DNA from: an uncultured Acidimicrobiaceae bacterium | GTDB lineage: Bacteria > Actinomycetota > Acidimicrobiia > Spongiisociales > UBA5794 | Length of the DNA stretch: 49,845 nt | NCBI GenBank assembly: GCA_964465915.1 | Contig: CAYXMJ010000001.1 | Coordinates: 1-49,845, forward strand | Direction of reading: 5' to 3' | Shown: one piece after another, positions 1-9,562 of the stretch | Layout: each line of letters begins with the position of its first letter | Position numbering within the stretch: the first letter of the stretch is position 1 | Position numbers and translations under genes: made by a program | Notes under the pieces: generated by a model | The model's input: the letters and a program-made list of their open reading frames with translations, nothing else | Databases searched by the model: none | What the model was told of the DNA's origin: nothing

Positions 1-1
1 G

Positions 2-145
2 ATGCTGCCGCGGCGTGCTTGGGGCGAGTACGAGACCAAAGCCGTCGTCGAACCTCTCGACCTGCCGAGCCAGTTGGCGAAGTGGTCCGGGGTGGGCACC
101 GCGGATGAATTGGGGGCGATCCCCGCGAGCCAGGATCGCCCATAG
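2..145 (+). CDS. 3' end of an unidentified CDS entering from upstream of the window (…AWGEYETKAVVEPLDLPSQLAKWSGVGTADELGAIPASQDRP*)
   Basis: Frame 2 is open from the window edge to TAG at 143-145. It has the same G/C third-position bias as the recognisable genes. A 15-bp perfect hairpin follows 2 nt later. The fragment is too short to assign a family. Confidence 0.4.
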   Translation: MLPRRAWGEYETKAVVEPLDLPSQLAKWSGVGTADELGAIPASQDRP

Positions 146-146
146 A

Positions 147-186
147 GAAGGCCCGGGTTGGTCGTTTCCTTCCAACCCGGGCCTTC
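147..186. terminator. Perfect 15-bp stem-loop (GAAGGCCCGGGTTGG / CCAACCCGGGCCTTC, 10-nt loop) just after the incoming CDS
   Basis: Arms at 147-161 and 172-186 are exact reverse complements. The hairpin sits 2 nt after the TAG at 143-145, between convergent genes. There is no clear U-tract, so terminator function is inferred from position. Confidence 0.5.
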
Positions 187-476
187 CCCAGCCCTGTCGG
201 TGATCGGTCCTCCCCCTCGGATGCCCTCCCCCTGACTACACCGCAGGCAAACCTGACCCGCCGTCTTGCACTGCCAGCATTGTGTATCAATCAGACCCGG
301 TATGGGAAGCCCTGTTCTCGCAAATCGACTCCTCAGCAGGCATTTGGGTCGGTAGACCCACGGTATCGCCACCGTGGGCGGTGGGGTCGCCCACCCAGGG
401 TGGTACTCCGCCACCACCATCCTGTTCTTGCGTGGCAGAGGGACCAGAAATCGCGCCGTAGCCACGCAGGAACAGA

Positions 477-1826
477 TCAGAGGCGGGCGCGTAGGGCCCC
501 GAGTTGGGCTGCCACCGACTCGAACGAGCCGCCGCCGGCGGTGGCGCGGGCGGCGACCGAGCCTGCCGGGTCGATCCGGGAGAGGTCGCCGGGCTCAAAC
601 GAATCGTGGGCAGCAGCAAGATCGTCGGCGGTGGCGTCCTCGAGCGAGTTGCCGGCGGCCGTCAGGGCAACGAACAGCGAACCCACCGCCTCATGGGCCT
701 CCCGAAAGGGCACACCGCGGGCCACCAGCAGTTCGGCGAGGTCCAGCGCCGTCACCTCGGCGTCCGGGGGCGGCGGATGGAAGCGGGCGGCCGCCACCAT
801 GCCGGAGAGGGCGTCGAGCGCACCGCCGAGGGCGTCGTCGGCGGCGAACACCGCCCGCTTGTCCTCTTGGAGATCCCGGTTGTAGGCCAGCGGCAACCCC
901 TTCTGCAGACCGAGCAACGCCGTCACGTTGCCGATGACAACGGCAGCCTTCCCGCGAACGAGCTCCGCGATATCGGGGTTCTTCTTCTGGGGAAGCGCGG
1001 AGGAACCGGTGGTGTGCCGGTCGCTGAAGCTCACCCATCCATACTCCGCCGTCGTCCACAGGATCAACTCCTCGGCGAGGCGCGACAGATGAACCATCGC
1101 TTGGGCACAAGCAAACGTGTACTCCGCAACGTGGTCGCGCGAGGCCACCGCGTCCAGTGAGTTCTCGAATGCGCCGCGCATCTCGAGCAGTGCCGCCGCG
1201 CCGGCTGGGTCGAGCGGCAACGAGCTACCCCCCGAGGCTCCGGCGCCCAACGGGGATACCTCGATCCGGGCCATGGCGTCCTCGAGGCGGTCGACATCGC
1301 GCAGCGCCATCCAGGCATAGGCCAGTAGGTGATGGGCCAGCGGCACTGCTTGAGCCTGCTGGAGGTGGGTATATGACGGAACGATGAGATCGCCGACCTC
1401 CTCGGCCTTGGCCGCTATCACCGCAACAAACTCATGCAGCTGCGCCATCCGCGCCCGCCCCGCCCGCCGCAGATACAGACGCAGGTCGAGTGCGACCTGG
1501 TCATTGCGCGAACGCCCGGTGTGCAACTTCCCCGCCACCTCGCCGACTATCTCGCCGAGTCGGCGCTCGACGGCGGTGTGGACGTCCTCATCCGACGGCA
1601 GGTATTCGAAGGCCCCCGCCTCGGCTTCGGCCTCGATTGCCTCGAGCCCAACGGTGAGTGTCTCCGTCTCGTCGGCCGTGAGCACCCCGACGGCACCAAG
1701 CATCGCGACATGGGCGAGTGACCCCACAATGTCGTCGAACAGCATGCGCCGGTCAGATCGATCGACGGTGAAGTGCCACAGCGCCTCATCGGGACCCTCC
1801 GTGAAACGTCCGCCCCACAAAGTCAC
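477..1826 (-). CDS. argH: Argininosuccinate lyase
   Basis: 449-aa ORF beginning (V/M)TLWGGRFTEGPDEAL…, the typical ArgH/fumarate-lyase N-terminus, and of the expected length. GTG start at 1826. Last gene of the arg cluster. Confidence 0.95.
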   Translation of the reverse strand: MTLWGGRFTEGPDEALWHFTVDRSDRRMLFDDIVGSLAHVAMLGAVGVLTADETETLTVGLEAIEAEAEAGAFEYLPSDEDVHTAVERRLGEIVGEVAGKLHTGRSRNDQVALDLRLYLRRAGRARMAQLHEFVAVIAAKAEEVGDLIVPSYTHLQQAQAVPLAHHLLAYAWMALRDVDRLEDAMARIEVSPLGAGASGGSSLPLDPAGAAALLEMRGAFENSLDAVASRDHVAEYTFACAQAMVHLSRLAEELILWTTAEYGWVSFSDRHTTGSSALPQKKNPDIAELVRGKAAVVIGNVTALLGLQKGLPLAYNRDLQEDKRAVFAADDALGGALDALSGMVAAARFHPPPPDAEVTALDLAELLVARGVPFREAHEAVGSLFVALTAAGNSLEDATADDLAAAHDSFEPGDLSRIDPAGSVAARATAGGGSFESVAAQLGALRARL

Positions 1827-1854
1827 GCCGGCCTACCCGACTCGCCCGCCGTCA

Positions 1855-3075
1855 TCATTCGCCTTCCCCAAGGCGCTTCTCGGCAAATGTACGGAGCCGC
1901 AGACTCTGCAGCCGGATGAACCCGGCGGCGTCCGCCTGGTCGTACACCTCGTCGGCTTCAAACGTCGCGGTCGCCTCGTCGTAGAGGGCGTGGCTGTCGG
2001 AGCGGCGCCCTTCGACGGTGGCCTGACCCTTGAAGAGCTTGAGCCGAGCCTCACCGTTGACCCGATGCTGGATGTCGTCCATGAAGGCCTGGAGGGCTTC
2101 TCGCTCGGGGGCATACCAGAAGCCGTTGTAGACCATCTCGGCGTAGCGCGACACCAGTTCGTCGCGCAGGTGGGCAACCTCGCGGTCGAGCGTCAACGAC
2201 TCCACGGCGCGGTGCGCATGGTGGAGCACCGTCCCGCCCGGCGTTTCGTAGACGCCGCGGCTCTTCATGCCGACGAACCGGTTCTCGACGATGTCCACCC
2301 GTCCGACCCCATGCCTGCCCCCGATCTGGTTCAGCGCGGTCAGCATCTCGACCGGGCTCAAGTCGCGGCCGTTCAGGGTCACGGCGTTGCCGTCGCGGAA
2401 TCCGACAGTCACCAACTCCGGTTCGTCCGGCGCATCAGCCGGGTCGACCGTCATGTTGAACATGCCCGCCGGCGGGGCCGCCCATGGGTCCTCGAGCACT
2501 CCGCCTTCGTACGAGATGTGCAGCAGGTTGGCGTCGGTCGAGTAGGGCTTCTCCGCCGTGACCGGAACCGGAATGCCGTGAGCCTTGGCGTAGGCGACGC
2601 AGTCGGCACGACCCCGCAAGCCCCATTCCCGCCACGGCGCGATCACCTTGATCTCCGGCTTCAACGCAAAGGCGGCCAATTCAAATCGCACCTGATCGTT
2701 GCCCTTGCCGGTGGCCCCGTGGGCAATGGCGTCGGCGCCGAACCGCTCTGCCGTCTCGACCAGGCCCTTCCCGATCAGCGGTCGAGCCAGCGAGGTACCC
2801 AACAGATAATAGCCCTCGTAGACGGCGTTGGCGCGAATCGCCGGGTACACAAAGTCTGAGACAAACTCATCGCGCACATCCTCGACCACCGCCTCGACGG
2901 CGCCAGTGGCCAGGGCCTTGTCGACCGCTTCGCCAACCTCGGCGCCCTGGCCGACATCAGCGGTGTAGCAAATCACCTCAGCCCCGTACTCCTCCATGAT
3001 CCACTTCAGGATCACCGAAGTATCGAGGCCCCCGCTGTAGGCGAGCACCACGCGCTTGATACCGTTCCTGCTCAA
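1855..3075 (-). CDS. argG: Argininosuccinate synthase
   Basis: 406-aa ORF with the N-type ATP-pyrophosphatase motif [12 protein letters not shown] and ArgG-like sequence throughout. TTG start at 3075 overlaps the argR stop (TTGA, 3072-3075). Confidence 0.95.
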   Translation of the reverse strand: MSRNGIKRVVLAYSGGLDTSVILKWIMEEYGAEVICYTADVGQGAEVGEAVDKALATGAVEAVVEDVRDEFVSDFVYPAIRANAVYEGYYLLGTSLARPLIGKGLVETAERFGADAIAHGATGKGNDQVRFELAAFALKPEIKVIAPWREWGLRGRADCVAYAKAHGIPVPVTAEKPYSTDANLLHISYEGGVLEDPWAAPPAGMFNMTVDPADAPDEPELVTVGFRDGNAVTLNGRDLSPVEMLTALNQIGGRHGVGRVDIVENRFVGMKSRGVYETPGGTVLHHAHRAVESLTLDREVAHLRDELVSRYAEMVYNGFWYAPEREALQAFMDDIQHRVNGEARLKLFKGQATVEGRRSDSHALYDEATATFEADEVYDQADAAGFIRLQSLRLRTFAEKRLGEGE

Positions 3076-3539
3076 CGTCCGTCTCCTATCGTTTCCAAGT
3101 TCTCCGCGAGCTGTGCGCCGCCGCAGTCCTCGGCGGCCACCACGATCAGCGTGTCGTCGCCGGCCACCGTCCCCACAACGTGCTCGAGGTCGGCCCGGTC
3201 GATGGCCCCCGCCACCAGATGCGCAGCACCCGGCGGGGTTCGCAGAACGACGAGATTGCCCGACGCTGTGATCGAGTCGACGAACTCGGCGATCGAGCGC
3301 GCCGCGGCCCGCGCTGTTTCGTCGGGGACCGTTCCGTCGGCAATCGTGTAGCGGGCAACGCCGTTGGAGCCTCGTTCTTTGGTCGCTCCCAGGGCGTCGA
3401 GGTCGCGAGATACCGTTGCTTGGGTGACCGGGTATCCGGCATCGTCCAGGAGGTCCACCAGTTCCTGCTGGCTGGATACCGGCCGCGTCGTCAAGAGGCT
3501 GCGCAGCAGCCGGCGCCGACCTGCCGTTGCCGGGCTCAC
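3072..3539 (-). CDS. argR: Arginine repressor ArgR
   Basis: The C-terminal 155 aa of the 362-aa ORF track entry read as a winged-helix domain ([29 protein letters not shown]) plus the ArgR oligomerisation/arginine-binding domain ([21 protein letters not shown]…[12 protein letters not shown]). GTG at 3539-3537 overlaps the argB TGA (GTGA). The upstream part of that ORF lies inside argB and is not coding in this frame. Confidence 0.85.
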   Translation of the reverse strand: MSPATAGRRRLLRSLLTTRPVSSQQELVDLLDDAGYPVTQATVSRDLDALGATKERGSNGVARYTIADGTVPDETARAAARSIAEFVDSITASGNLVVLRTPPGAAHLVAGAIDRADLEHVVGTVAGDDTLIVVAAEDCGGAQLAENLETIGDGR

Positions 3540-4441
3540 GGAACCGGCTCCATCGACATCATCGTCCCGATGCCCTCTGGGGTGAAGATCTCGAGCAGGA
3601 GCGCATGCTGAAGCCGCCCGTCGAGGATGTGGGCCCGTCCCACGCCGTCTTCGATGGCACGCATGCACGAGTCGAGTTTGGGGAGCATGCCGGACGACAC
3701 CGAGTCGGTGTCGAGCAGTTCGTGCAGTTCGGGGACCGTGATCCTCGCGATCAATGAGTCGCGGTCGCCCAGGTCGCGATACAGCCCTTCGACGTCCGTC
3801 AGGTAGATGAGCTTGGCAGCCCCAAGGGCCGAAGCCAATGCCCCCGCCGCGGTGTCGGCGTTCAGGTTGTACACGTCGCCGTCCTCGCCACGGGCCAGCG
3901 GGGCGACCACCGGCACGTAGCCCTGATCCTGCAGGCCTTCCACGAGACCGACGTTCACCTCTGCCACCTCGCCGACGAAGCCAAGCCGCGCGTCCTTCGG
4001 CCGAGCCACGAACAGGTTGGCGTCGAGGCCGTTGACCCCGGTGGCGACGGCGCCGTGCGCATTCACCAGCCGCACGATGTCGGGATTGATTTCTCCGATC
4101 AGCGTGCTCTGCACGACCCTGATCGTCTCGGCATCGGTGATTCTGAGGCCCTCGTGCCATTGCGGCTCGATACCCCGCTGGCCCATGGCGAGCGAGATCT
4201 GCGGCCCGCCGCCGTGCACGATCACCGGGCGAATCCCGACGTAGTGCAGCATGGCTACGTCGTCGGCGAACGTATTGCGCAGTGACGCGTCGACCATGGC
4301 GGAGCCGCCGTACTTGATCACGACGGTCTGGCCGCGGTAGGCCTTGATGAACGGCATCGCTTCGCTGAAGATGCGGGCCTTGCCCATTGTCTTGGCAATA
4401 CGGGGCTTGGCCGGATGCGGCGTCGAGTGTCCCATCCCCAT
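3536..4441 (-). CDS. argB: Acetylglutamate kinase
   Basis: 301-aa ORF with amino-acid kinase family signatures ([33 protein letters not shown]). The ATG at 4441 is 2 nt after the argJ stop. An internal ATG at 4387 is an alternative start. Confidence 0.92.
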   Translation of the reverse strand: MGMGHSTPHPAKPRIAKTMGKARIFSEAMPFIKAYRGQTVVIKYGGSAMVDASLRNTFADDVAMLHYVGIRPVIVHGGGPQISLAMGQRGIEPQWHEGLRITDAETIRVVQSTLIGEINPDIVRLVNAHGAVATGVNGLDANLFVARPKDARLGFVGEVAEVNVGLVEGLQDQGYVPVVAPLARGEDGDVYNLNADTAAGALASALGAAKLIYLTDVEGLYRDLGDRDSLIARITVPELHELLDTDSVSSGMLPKLDSCMRAIEDGVGRAHILDGRLQHALLLEIFTPEGIGTMMSMEPVP

Positions 4442-4443
4442 GG

Positions 4444-5616
4444 TCAGCTCCGCTCTCCGTTGAAACGAACGTATTCGGGTGTCAGGTCGGTCGTGAGGAC
4501 CGCAGCCGCGCCGGGGCCGTCGCCGATCGATACCGACAAGGTGAAATCACCGCCGGCCAGGGTGGCGAGCAGAGCGCTCTCGTCAACTGGCACCGCCACA
4601 CCTTCGGCAGCCACCGTCACCCCTGCATAGGCCACCGCGACTACACGCGGATCGAAGTCGACCGGACCCGCGCCGAGGGCACCGATCACCCGCCCCCAGT
4701 TGGGGTCGCCCCCATAGAACGAAGCTCGCACCAGACCGGAGTCGGCAATGTGGCGACCGACCCGTCGGGCCGTCGCTGCGTCGGGTGCGCCGGTCACCTC
4801 GATGACGACGACCCGCGATGCGCCTTCGGCGTCGGCGGCCAGTTGGGCGGCAAGGTCGCGGCAGGCCGCACCAAGCGCCTCTGCCAGTTGGGATTGACTG
4901 GGGCGAACCCCGGAGGCCCCCGAGGCCATAGCAAAGACGGCGTCGTTGGTGGATGGGCAGCCGTCGATGTTGAGGGCGTGGAACGACTCGTCAACCGCGG
5001 TCTCGAGCGCCGCCTGCATGTCGGCGGCCTCGACCACGGCATCGGTGGTGAGTACCGCCAGCATCGTCGCCATGTCGGGCCGCACCATGCCGGCCCCCTT
5101 CGCCATGCCCCCGACGACAAACCCATCTTGCCGGACCACCGTCTCCTTCGGCACGGTGTCGGTCGTCATGATCGCCTCAGCCGCGCTTCGGCCAGAGGAC
5201 AGCCCAGATCCAAGCCGAGCCGTCGCCAGGCCAAGACCAGCCAGCACCTTGTCGATCGGCAGTGCCGTCCCGATCGTGCCGGTGGATGCGACCAGTATTT
5301 CGGTGGCGTGACAACCGAGATGTGCCGCCGCAGCCGACAGTGTCGCCAGCGCGGCGGCGTCTCCAGCCGGTCCCGTGGCGGCGTTGGCGCACCCCGAGTT
5401 GAGCACCACGGCCTTGAAGACGTGGCCCGCCGCGAGGTGTCGCCGGCTGAGAACGACCGGTGCCGCCGCCGCCCGGTTCACCGTGAATACCGCAGCGCCG
5501 ACCGCGGGCTCAACCGCGGCCACGATGGCCAGGTCGAGAGCATCGTCTCCCTTGATGCCGGCAGCGACACCTGCGGCCACAAAACCCTGGGGTGTCGCGA
5601 CGCTCACGGCATCCAC
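4444..5616 (-). CDS. argJ: Bifunctional glutamate N-acetyltransferase / amino-acid acetyltransferase (ornithine acetyltransferase)
   Basis: 390-aa ORF. It carries ArgJ hallmarks, including the autoproteolytic region …[18 protein letters not shown]… and the C-terminal …[13 protein letters not shown]. The GTG start at 5616 overlaps the argC end by 13 nt. Confidence 0.92.
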   Translation of the reverse strand: MDAVSVATPQGFVAAGVAAGIKGDDALDLAIVAAVEPAVGAAVFTVNRAAAAPVVLSRRHLAAGHVFKAVVLNSGCANAATGPAGDAAALATLSAAAAHLGCHATEILVASTGTIGTALPIDKVLAGLGLATARLGSGLSSGRSAAEAIMTTDTVPKETVVRQDGFVVGGMAKGAGMVRPDMATMLAVLTTDAVVEAADMQAALETAVDESFHALNIDGCPSTNDAVFAMASGASGVRPSQSQLAEALGAACRDLAAQLAADAEGASRVVVIEVTGAPDAATARRVGRHIADSGLVRASFYGGDPNWGRVIGALGAGPVDFDPRVVAVAYAGVTVAAEGVAVPVDESALLATLAGGDFTLSVSIGDGPGAAAVLTTDLTPEYVRFNGERS

Positions 5617-6635
5617 CCTGCAGTCGGCAGCCCCGCGGATTCAGAAAGCCCCAGCATGAGATTGGCGCATTGGACCGCCTGTCCGGCCGCCCCCTTGAGG
5701 AGATTGTCGATCGCCGACAGCACCACCGCGGTCGAACTGCGCTCGTCGAGATGAACCGACAACAGACACCGATTTGAGCCGACGACCCAACGAGTCTGCG
5801 GAGGGGTGTCGAGCACCGAGACGAAGGGTGCAGCGTCGTAGGTGTCCTTGAACGCGGCCTGGAGACCCTCAACGGTCACCTCCGGGCCGACCGGCACGTA
5901 GCAGGTCGAGAGAATGCCGCGCTGCATGGGAACCAAGTGTGGAGTGAACACGATGGTGGGGTCGGCTCCGGCAACCATGCCGATGCCTTGTTCCATCTCG
6001 GGGCGATGCCGGTGGGTAAGCACCCCGTAGGCACCGACCGACTCGTCGACGGCGCCGAACGTCAGGTTCGCCTTGGCGGCTCTTCCCGCCCCCGAGGCAC
6101 CCGAGGCGGAATCCACCACGACGGTGCCGCCGGCGGAAAGACCCGCCGCTGCAATGGGTGCCACCGCCAGAATCGCAGATGTCGGGTAGCAGCCCGGCGC
6201 CGCGGTGCGGTCACTCGCCGCGATCTGCGGCCCAAACAGTTCGGGCAATCCATACGCCCAGGCCCCCAATTGGTCGGGATGCAGATGGTCCGGGCCGTAC
6301 GCCGCGGCGTATCGATCCACCGAGTCAAGCCGGAAGTCCGACCCCAGATCGACGATCCGGATCCCCCGCTCGAGCAGCGCCATCGCCGGGGCGGCCGAAG
6401 CGCCGTGGGGCAGCGCCAGAAACGCCAGGTCCACCAGGGGCACCGCCGCCGGGTCGAGCGCACCGAGGGGCCGACCCGCACCGTCGAGATGGGGGTGAAC
6501 CTCACCGAGCAGGGACCCGGCGCGGCTGTGAGCGCCGAGGTAGGCGACCTCGAGCGATGGATGCCCGTCGACGAGCCGGATCAGTTCGCCGCCGGCGTAT
6601 CCGGAAGCTCCGAGAATTGCAGTGGGTATCGACAT
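5604..6635 (-). CDS. argC: N-acetyl-gamma-glutamyl-phosphate reductase
   Basis: Homology starts at MSIPTAILGASGYAGGELIRL (Rossmann GxxGxxG) and includes the active-site region PGCYPTS. I place the start at the ATG at 6635. The 36 extra N-terminal residues in the track ORF have no ArgC-like sequence. Confidence 0.92.
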   Translation of the reverse strand: MSIPTAILGASGYAGGELIRLVDGHPSLEVAYLGAHSRAGSLLGEVHPHLDGAGRPLGALDPAAVPLVDLAFLALPHGASAAPAMALLERGIRIVDLGSDFRLDSVDRYAAAYGPDHLHPDQLGAWAYGLPELFGPQIAASDRTAAPGCYPTSAILAVAPIAAAGLSAGGTVVVDSASGASGAGRAAKANLTFGAVDESVGAYGVLTHRHRPEMEQGIGMVAGADPTIVFTPHLVPMQRGILSTCYVPVGPEVTVEGLQAAFKDTYDAAPFVSVLDTPPQTRWVVGSNRCLLSVHLDERSSTAVVLSAIDNLLKGAAGQAVQCANLMLGLSESAGLPTAGWMP

Positions 6636-6647
6636 GGAGCCGGGACT

Positions 6648-6663
6648 ATACGCATATGCGTAT
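6648..6663. promoter_or_regulatory. Perfect 16-bp palindrome ATACGCATATGCGTAT in the argC upstream region; candidate ArgR operator overlapping a TATAGT -10-like hexamer
   Basis: The palindrome was read directly. It lies 13-28 nt upstream of the argC ATG. On the minus strand, TATAGT (6650-6645) sits 9 nt before the ATG. The GCATATGC core resembles the TGCAT..ATGCA half-sites of actinobacterial ARG boxes. Confidence 0.45.
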
Positions 6664-6741
6664 GGACACGCAAGGGAGGCTGAGACCCTCACCGTCATCC
6701 GAGTTGCGCTGCGGACCCCGTGCGCGATGCTGTACCAGCAC

Positions 6742-7002
6742 ATGACACCGATGCTCGTCCCCGCACCGCTGTTCGCTCACCAGTTCGGGTGGGATGAGAT
6801 CCTCATGTTCGTGGTGCCGATTGTGCTGGCCCTCATCGGCGTTCGTGTCGCGGAGTCCCGGGCAGCCACACGCCAGGCCGCGCGGCAGTTAGTTGACGAC
6901 CAGGAACCGTCCGAACCCACCGGGTCCGACGACGACGCCGAAACCGCCCAGTCAGCCGAAACCGCCGAGTCAGCCGAGCGCGCCGGTGACGACTCAGCCT
7001 GA
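6742..7002 (+). CDS. Small hypothetical membrane protein with an acidic C-terminal tail
   Basis: ATG at 6742 gives MTPMLVPAPLFAHQFGWDEILMFVVPIVLALIGVRV… (one TM helix). A low-complexity acidic tail follows, including a tandem ETAQSA/ETAESA repeat. It is divergent from argC. No family was recognised. Confidence 0.5.
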   Translation: MTPMLVPAPLFAHQFGWDEILMFVVPIVLALIGVRVAESRAATRQAARQLVDDQEPSEPTGSDDDAETAQSAETAESAERAGDDSA

Positions 7003-8160
7003 GCCCACCGATGCCGGATGGAAGAACGGGTCGGTCACCATGGCGGCAAAGGCTTCGGCGGATTCCGGTGATGAGTCCCAATACCAATCACAAAAGTTGG
7101 GGTCGACCTGATTGAAGTACACAACGGCCTTGATCGCGGCAAACTCCTCGGTCTGCAACGTTGCGCTCACGTCGGCGAACCACTGTGCTTTGCTCTCGGT
7201 TTCGCCCCGACCCTCGTGGACCCCGGTCTCCCCGACCATGAGCGGCTTCGCCTCGCCAGCGGTTAGGAACCGGCCGTTGGTCGTGAGGTACTCGACCATG
7301 GGCCGCGCCACCTCGGCAAATGATTGCCAGCTCTCTCCCCCGCAGTACTTCCAGTTGTACGGGTTGAAGGCGATCCAGTCCACGTAGTTGTTGCCCGGGT
7401 AGTACGCGTCAACCTCATCGAGGCCTCCGCCGTCGATGTGGCCTTTGTAGTTCATCACCCACGCCACAGAGCCCGTCCCCGGCCCGTCCGCCAGCTCCTT
7501 CTCGATGACGTCGCGGGTGTGGCGCCACATAGCGACGTACTCTTCAGCGGTACCTTCGGCGTCGTTTTCTGGTTCGTGGTGGATGGTGAGGAACACGGTT
7601 TGGTTGCTGCGGTCGATGACGGCCGCCACCGACTTCAGGACCTCGTCGTAGCCACCGGCGGCAACTTCGGCCCACGCCCCTGACCCGGAATCGACCTTCC
7701 AGCTGAAGTAGATCCGCCGCCCTGTTGTGCCGGCAGCTTCCTCCAAGAGGTCCCGCAACGTCCGTTCGGCGTCGGCCGGCCCCCGCTCGTAGCGACGCGT
7801 GACCCCGAACTCGAAGTCGGCCGACGTTGGGACACTGCTCTGGATCACCTCGCGTTGATGGTCGAGGCCAATAGGAGTCGGCGACGCGGTGACGACACTG
7901 TCCGGTGGGTCCAGCGTCCCGAACAACACACCGCACTCCGGAACCAGGTTCTCATCAACCACCTGGAACGACTGCGCCGAGCACTCCACGGGTTGCGGCT
8001 CCGGGACCTCGGCCACCGTCGTATCAGGGCTCGGCGGTTGGGTATCGGTTGGCGTCGACTCAGGATCCGAGCAGCCCACGAGGGCAAGCGCAGCCACGGC
8101 CAGGCTCATGCCCAGATACTGTGCGCCCAAACGCCTCACAAACTTCACGCTCTCCCCCAC
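6994..8160 (-). CDS. Secreted lipoprotein, clan GH-A glycoside hydrolase (GH26/GH5-like, possibly a mannanase/glucanase)
   Basis: Lipobox signal …LAVAALALVGCSD, then a Pro/Thr linker. The TIM-barrel-like body has the acid/base-type motif LTIHHEPEND and the nucleophile-type motif LMVGETGV. The exact family and substrate cannot be set by eye. Confidence 0.65.
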   Translation of the reverse strand: MGESVKFVRRLGAQYLGMSLAVAALALVGCSDPESTPTDTQPPSPDTTVAEVPEPQPVECSAQSFQVVDENLVPECGVLFGTLDPPDSVVTASPTPIGLDHQREVIQSSVPTSADFEFGVTRRYERGPADAERTLRDLLEEAAGTTGRRIYFSWKVDSGSGAWAEVAAGGYDEVLKSVAAVIDRSNQTVFLTIHHEPENDAEGTAEEYVAMWRHTRDVIEKELADGPGTGSVAWVMNYKGHIDGGGLDEVDAYYPGNNYVDWIAFNPYNWKYCGGESWQSFAEVARPMVEYLTTNGRFLTAGEAKPLMVGETGVHEGRGETESKAQWFADVSATLQTEEFAAIKAVVYFNQVDPNFCDWYWDSSPESAEAFAAMVTDPFFHPASVGSG

Positions 8161-8362
8161 CGCTCAACGTGCGACCGACGATAGCTGCGAACCTACATCA
8201 ACACCGGCGGCTTGGACTCGCCGTCGAACTCATGACCCAGTGAGCTGTCGGAAGCATGCCCGCCTCGCCGACCTCCACCACGTTCGCGGCGCAAGCGACA
8301 TAGCCGGAGTGGCTCCCGGGGACTATTTTCAGTACTGACCCGGTGCCAGCGGAGGAGAACCC

Positions 8363-9562
8363 ATGACCGTGCCGTCCCCCACGACCCACACCCCGGAGGA
8401 GCAACGAGTCATCGACCTGGTCGACCAACTGGTTGCCGAGAACGACCCAAACGGCAATCGCGCCGACTTCATGGGCGCCCAGTTCGACCTCGGTCTGGCT
8501 TGGGTCCACTTTCCGCTCGGGCTCGGCGGCCTCGACCTGCCCCCGCGCTACCAGCAACTGATCGACGAAAGGCTCGACGCCGTTACTCTGCACCGACCAC
8601 GCTTCTTCGATGTGCTCGGCCACGGCATGGGGGCACCAATGCTCGTCGCCCACGGAAACGAGGCACAGCAGGCGCGGTATCTCAGGCCGATGTTCACCGG
8701 TGAAGAGGTCTGGTGCCAGATGTTCAGCGAGCCGGGCGCCGGTAGCGACGTGGCCGGTCTCGCCACTCGGGCCATCGAAGATGGTGACGAGTGGGTGGTC
8801 AACGGCCAGAAGGTGTGGACGACCGTGGCGCACATCGCCAAGTGGGGCATGTTGGTGGCGCGCACCGACCCCGACCTTCCCAAGCACAAGGGTATGACGT
8901 ACTTCATTGTCGACATGGAGGCCGAGGGAGTCGAAGTGCGACCCCTCCGCCAAATCACAGGAGAAGCGGAGTTCAACGAGGTCTACCTCACCGATGCGCG
9001 GATTCCCGACTTCAACCGAGTCGGCGAGCGCGGCGATGGCTGGCGGGTGACCTTGACCACCTTGATGAACGAGCGCGTCGCCATCGGCGCCACCCCGGTG
9101 CCACGCAACGACGGGCCGATCGGTGAACTCCTCGAGGTCTGGTCCGAGACCGGCGGGGAGGCTTCGAGCCGCGACCGTCTCATGCGCCTCTGGGTGGCAG
9201 CCGAGGCGGCTCGCCTCACCAACCTGCGGGCCTACCAGAACCGCACCATGGGTACCCCGGGTCCGGAAGGGTCGACGGCCAAGCTCGTCTACGCGGAGCT
9301 CAACAAGAAGATCTACGCGTTTGCCGTTGACCTGCTCGGCGCCGAAGGAATGCTCTACGACACGTACGCGTTCATCCAGCCAGATCCATCCGAAGAGGAG
9401 TTGGTTGACGTTCGGCGCCGCTTCCTGCGGGCTCGCGCCAACTCGATCGAAGGCGGGACCTCGGAGATCATGAAGAACATCCTCGGCGAGCAGGTTCTGC
9501 GGCTGCCCGGCGAGCCACGGGTCGACAAGACCGTCGCCTGGAAGGACGTCCCCCGGAGCTAG
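8363..9562 (+). CDS. Acyl-CoA dehydrogenase (FadE-type)
   Basis: 399-aa ORF preceded by GGAGGAG (8351-8357). ACAD motifs are present: CQMFSEPGAGSDVAGLATRA, DGDEWVVNGQKVWTT and C-terminal IEGGTSEIMKNILGEQVL. Confidence 0.9.
   Translation: MTVPSPTTHTPEEQRVIDLVDQLVAENDPNGNRADFMGAQFDLGLAWVHFPLGLGGLDLPPRYQQLIDERLDAVTLHRPRFFDVLGHGMGAPMLVAHGNEAQQARYLRPMFTGEEVWCQMFSEPGAGSDVAGLATRAIEDGDEWVVNGQKVWTTVAHIAKWGMLVARTDPDLPKHKGMTYFIVDMEAEGVEVRPLRQITGEAEFNEVYLTDARIPDFNRVGERGDGWRVTLTTLMNERVAIGATPVPRNDGPIGELLEVWSETGGEASSRDRLMRLWVAAEAARLTNLRAYQNRTMGTPGPEGSTAKLVYAELNKKIYAFAVDLLGAEGMLYDTYAFIQPDPSEEELVDVRRRFLRARANSIEGGTSEIMKNILGEQVLRLPGEPRVDKTVAWKDVPRS

Noticed and set aside
15-203. 62-aa ORF at the left edge
   Set aside because: It is out of frame relative to the better-supported incoming CDS (frame 2, stop at 143-145) and reads through the strong hairpin.
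3540-4160. N-terminal 207-aa extension of the ArgR ORF (the track lists 3072-4160)
   Set aside because: This part lies wholly inside argB in another frame and is extremely Arg/Gly-rich. ArgR homology starts only at the GTG at 3539, which overlaps the argB stop.
1384-5754. Long plus-strand ORFs (491 aa at 1384-2859; 455 aa at 4387-5754) across the arg operon
   Set aside because: They are antisense to argH/argG and to argJ, which are confidently identified. Their composition is Arg/Ser/Pro-rich out-of-frame sequence.
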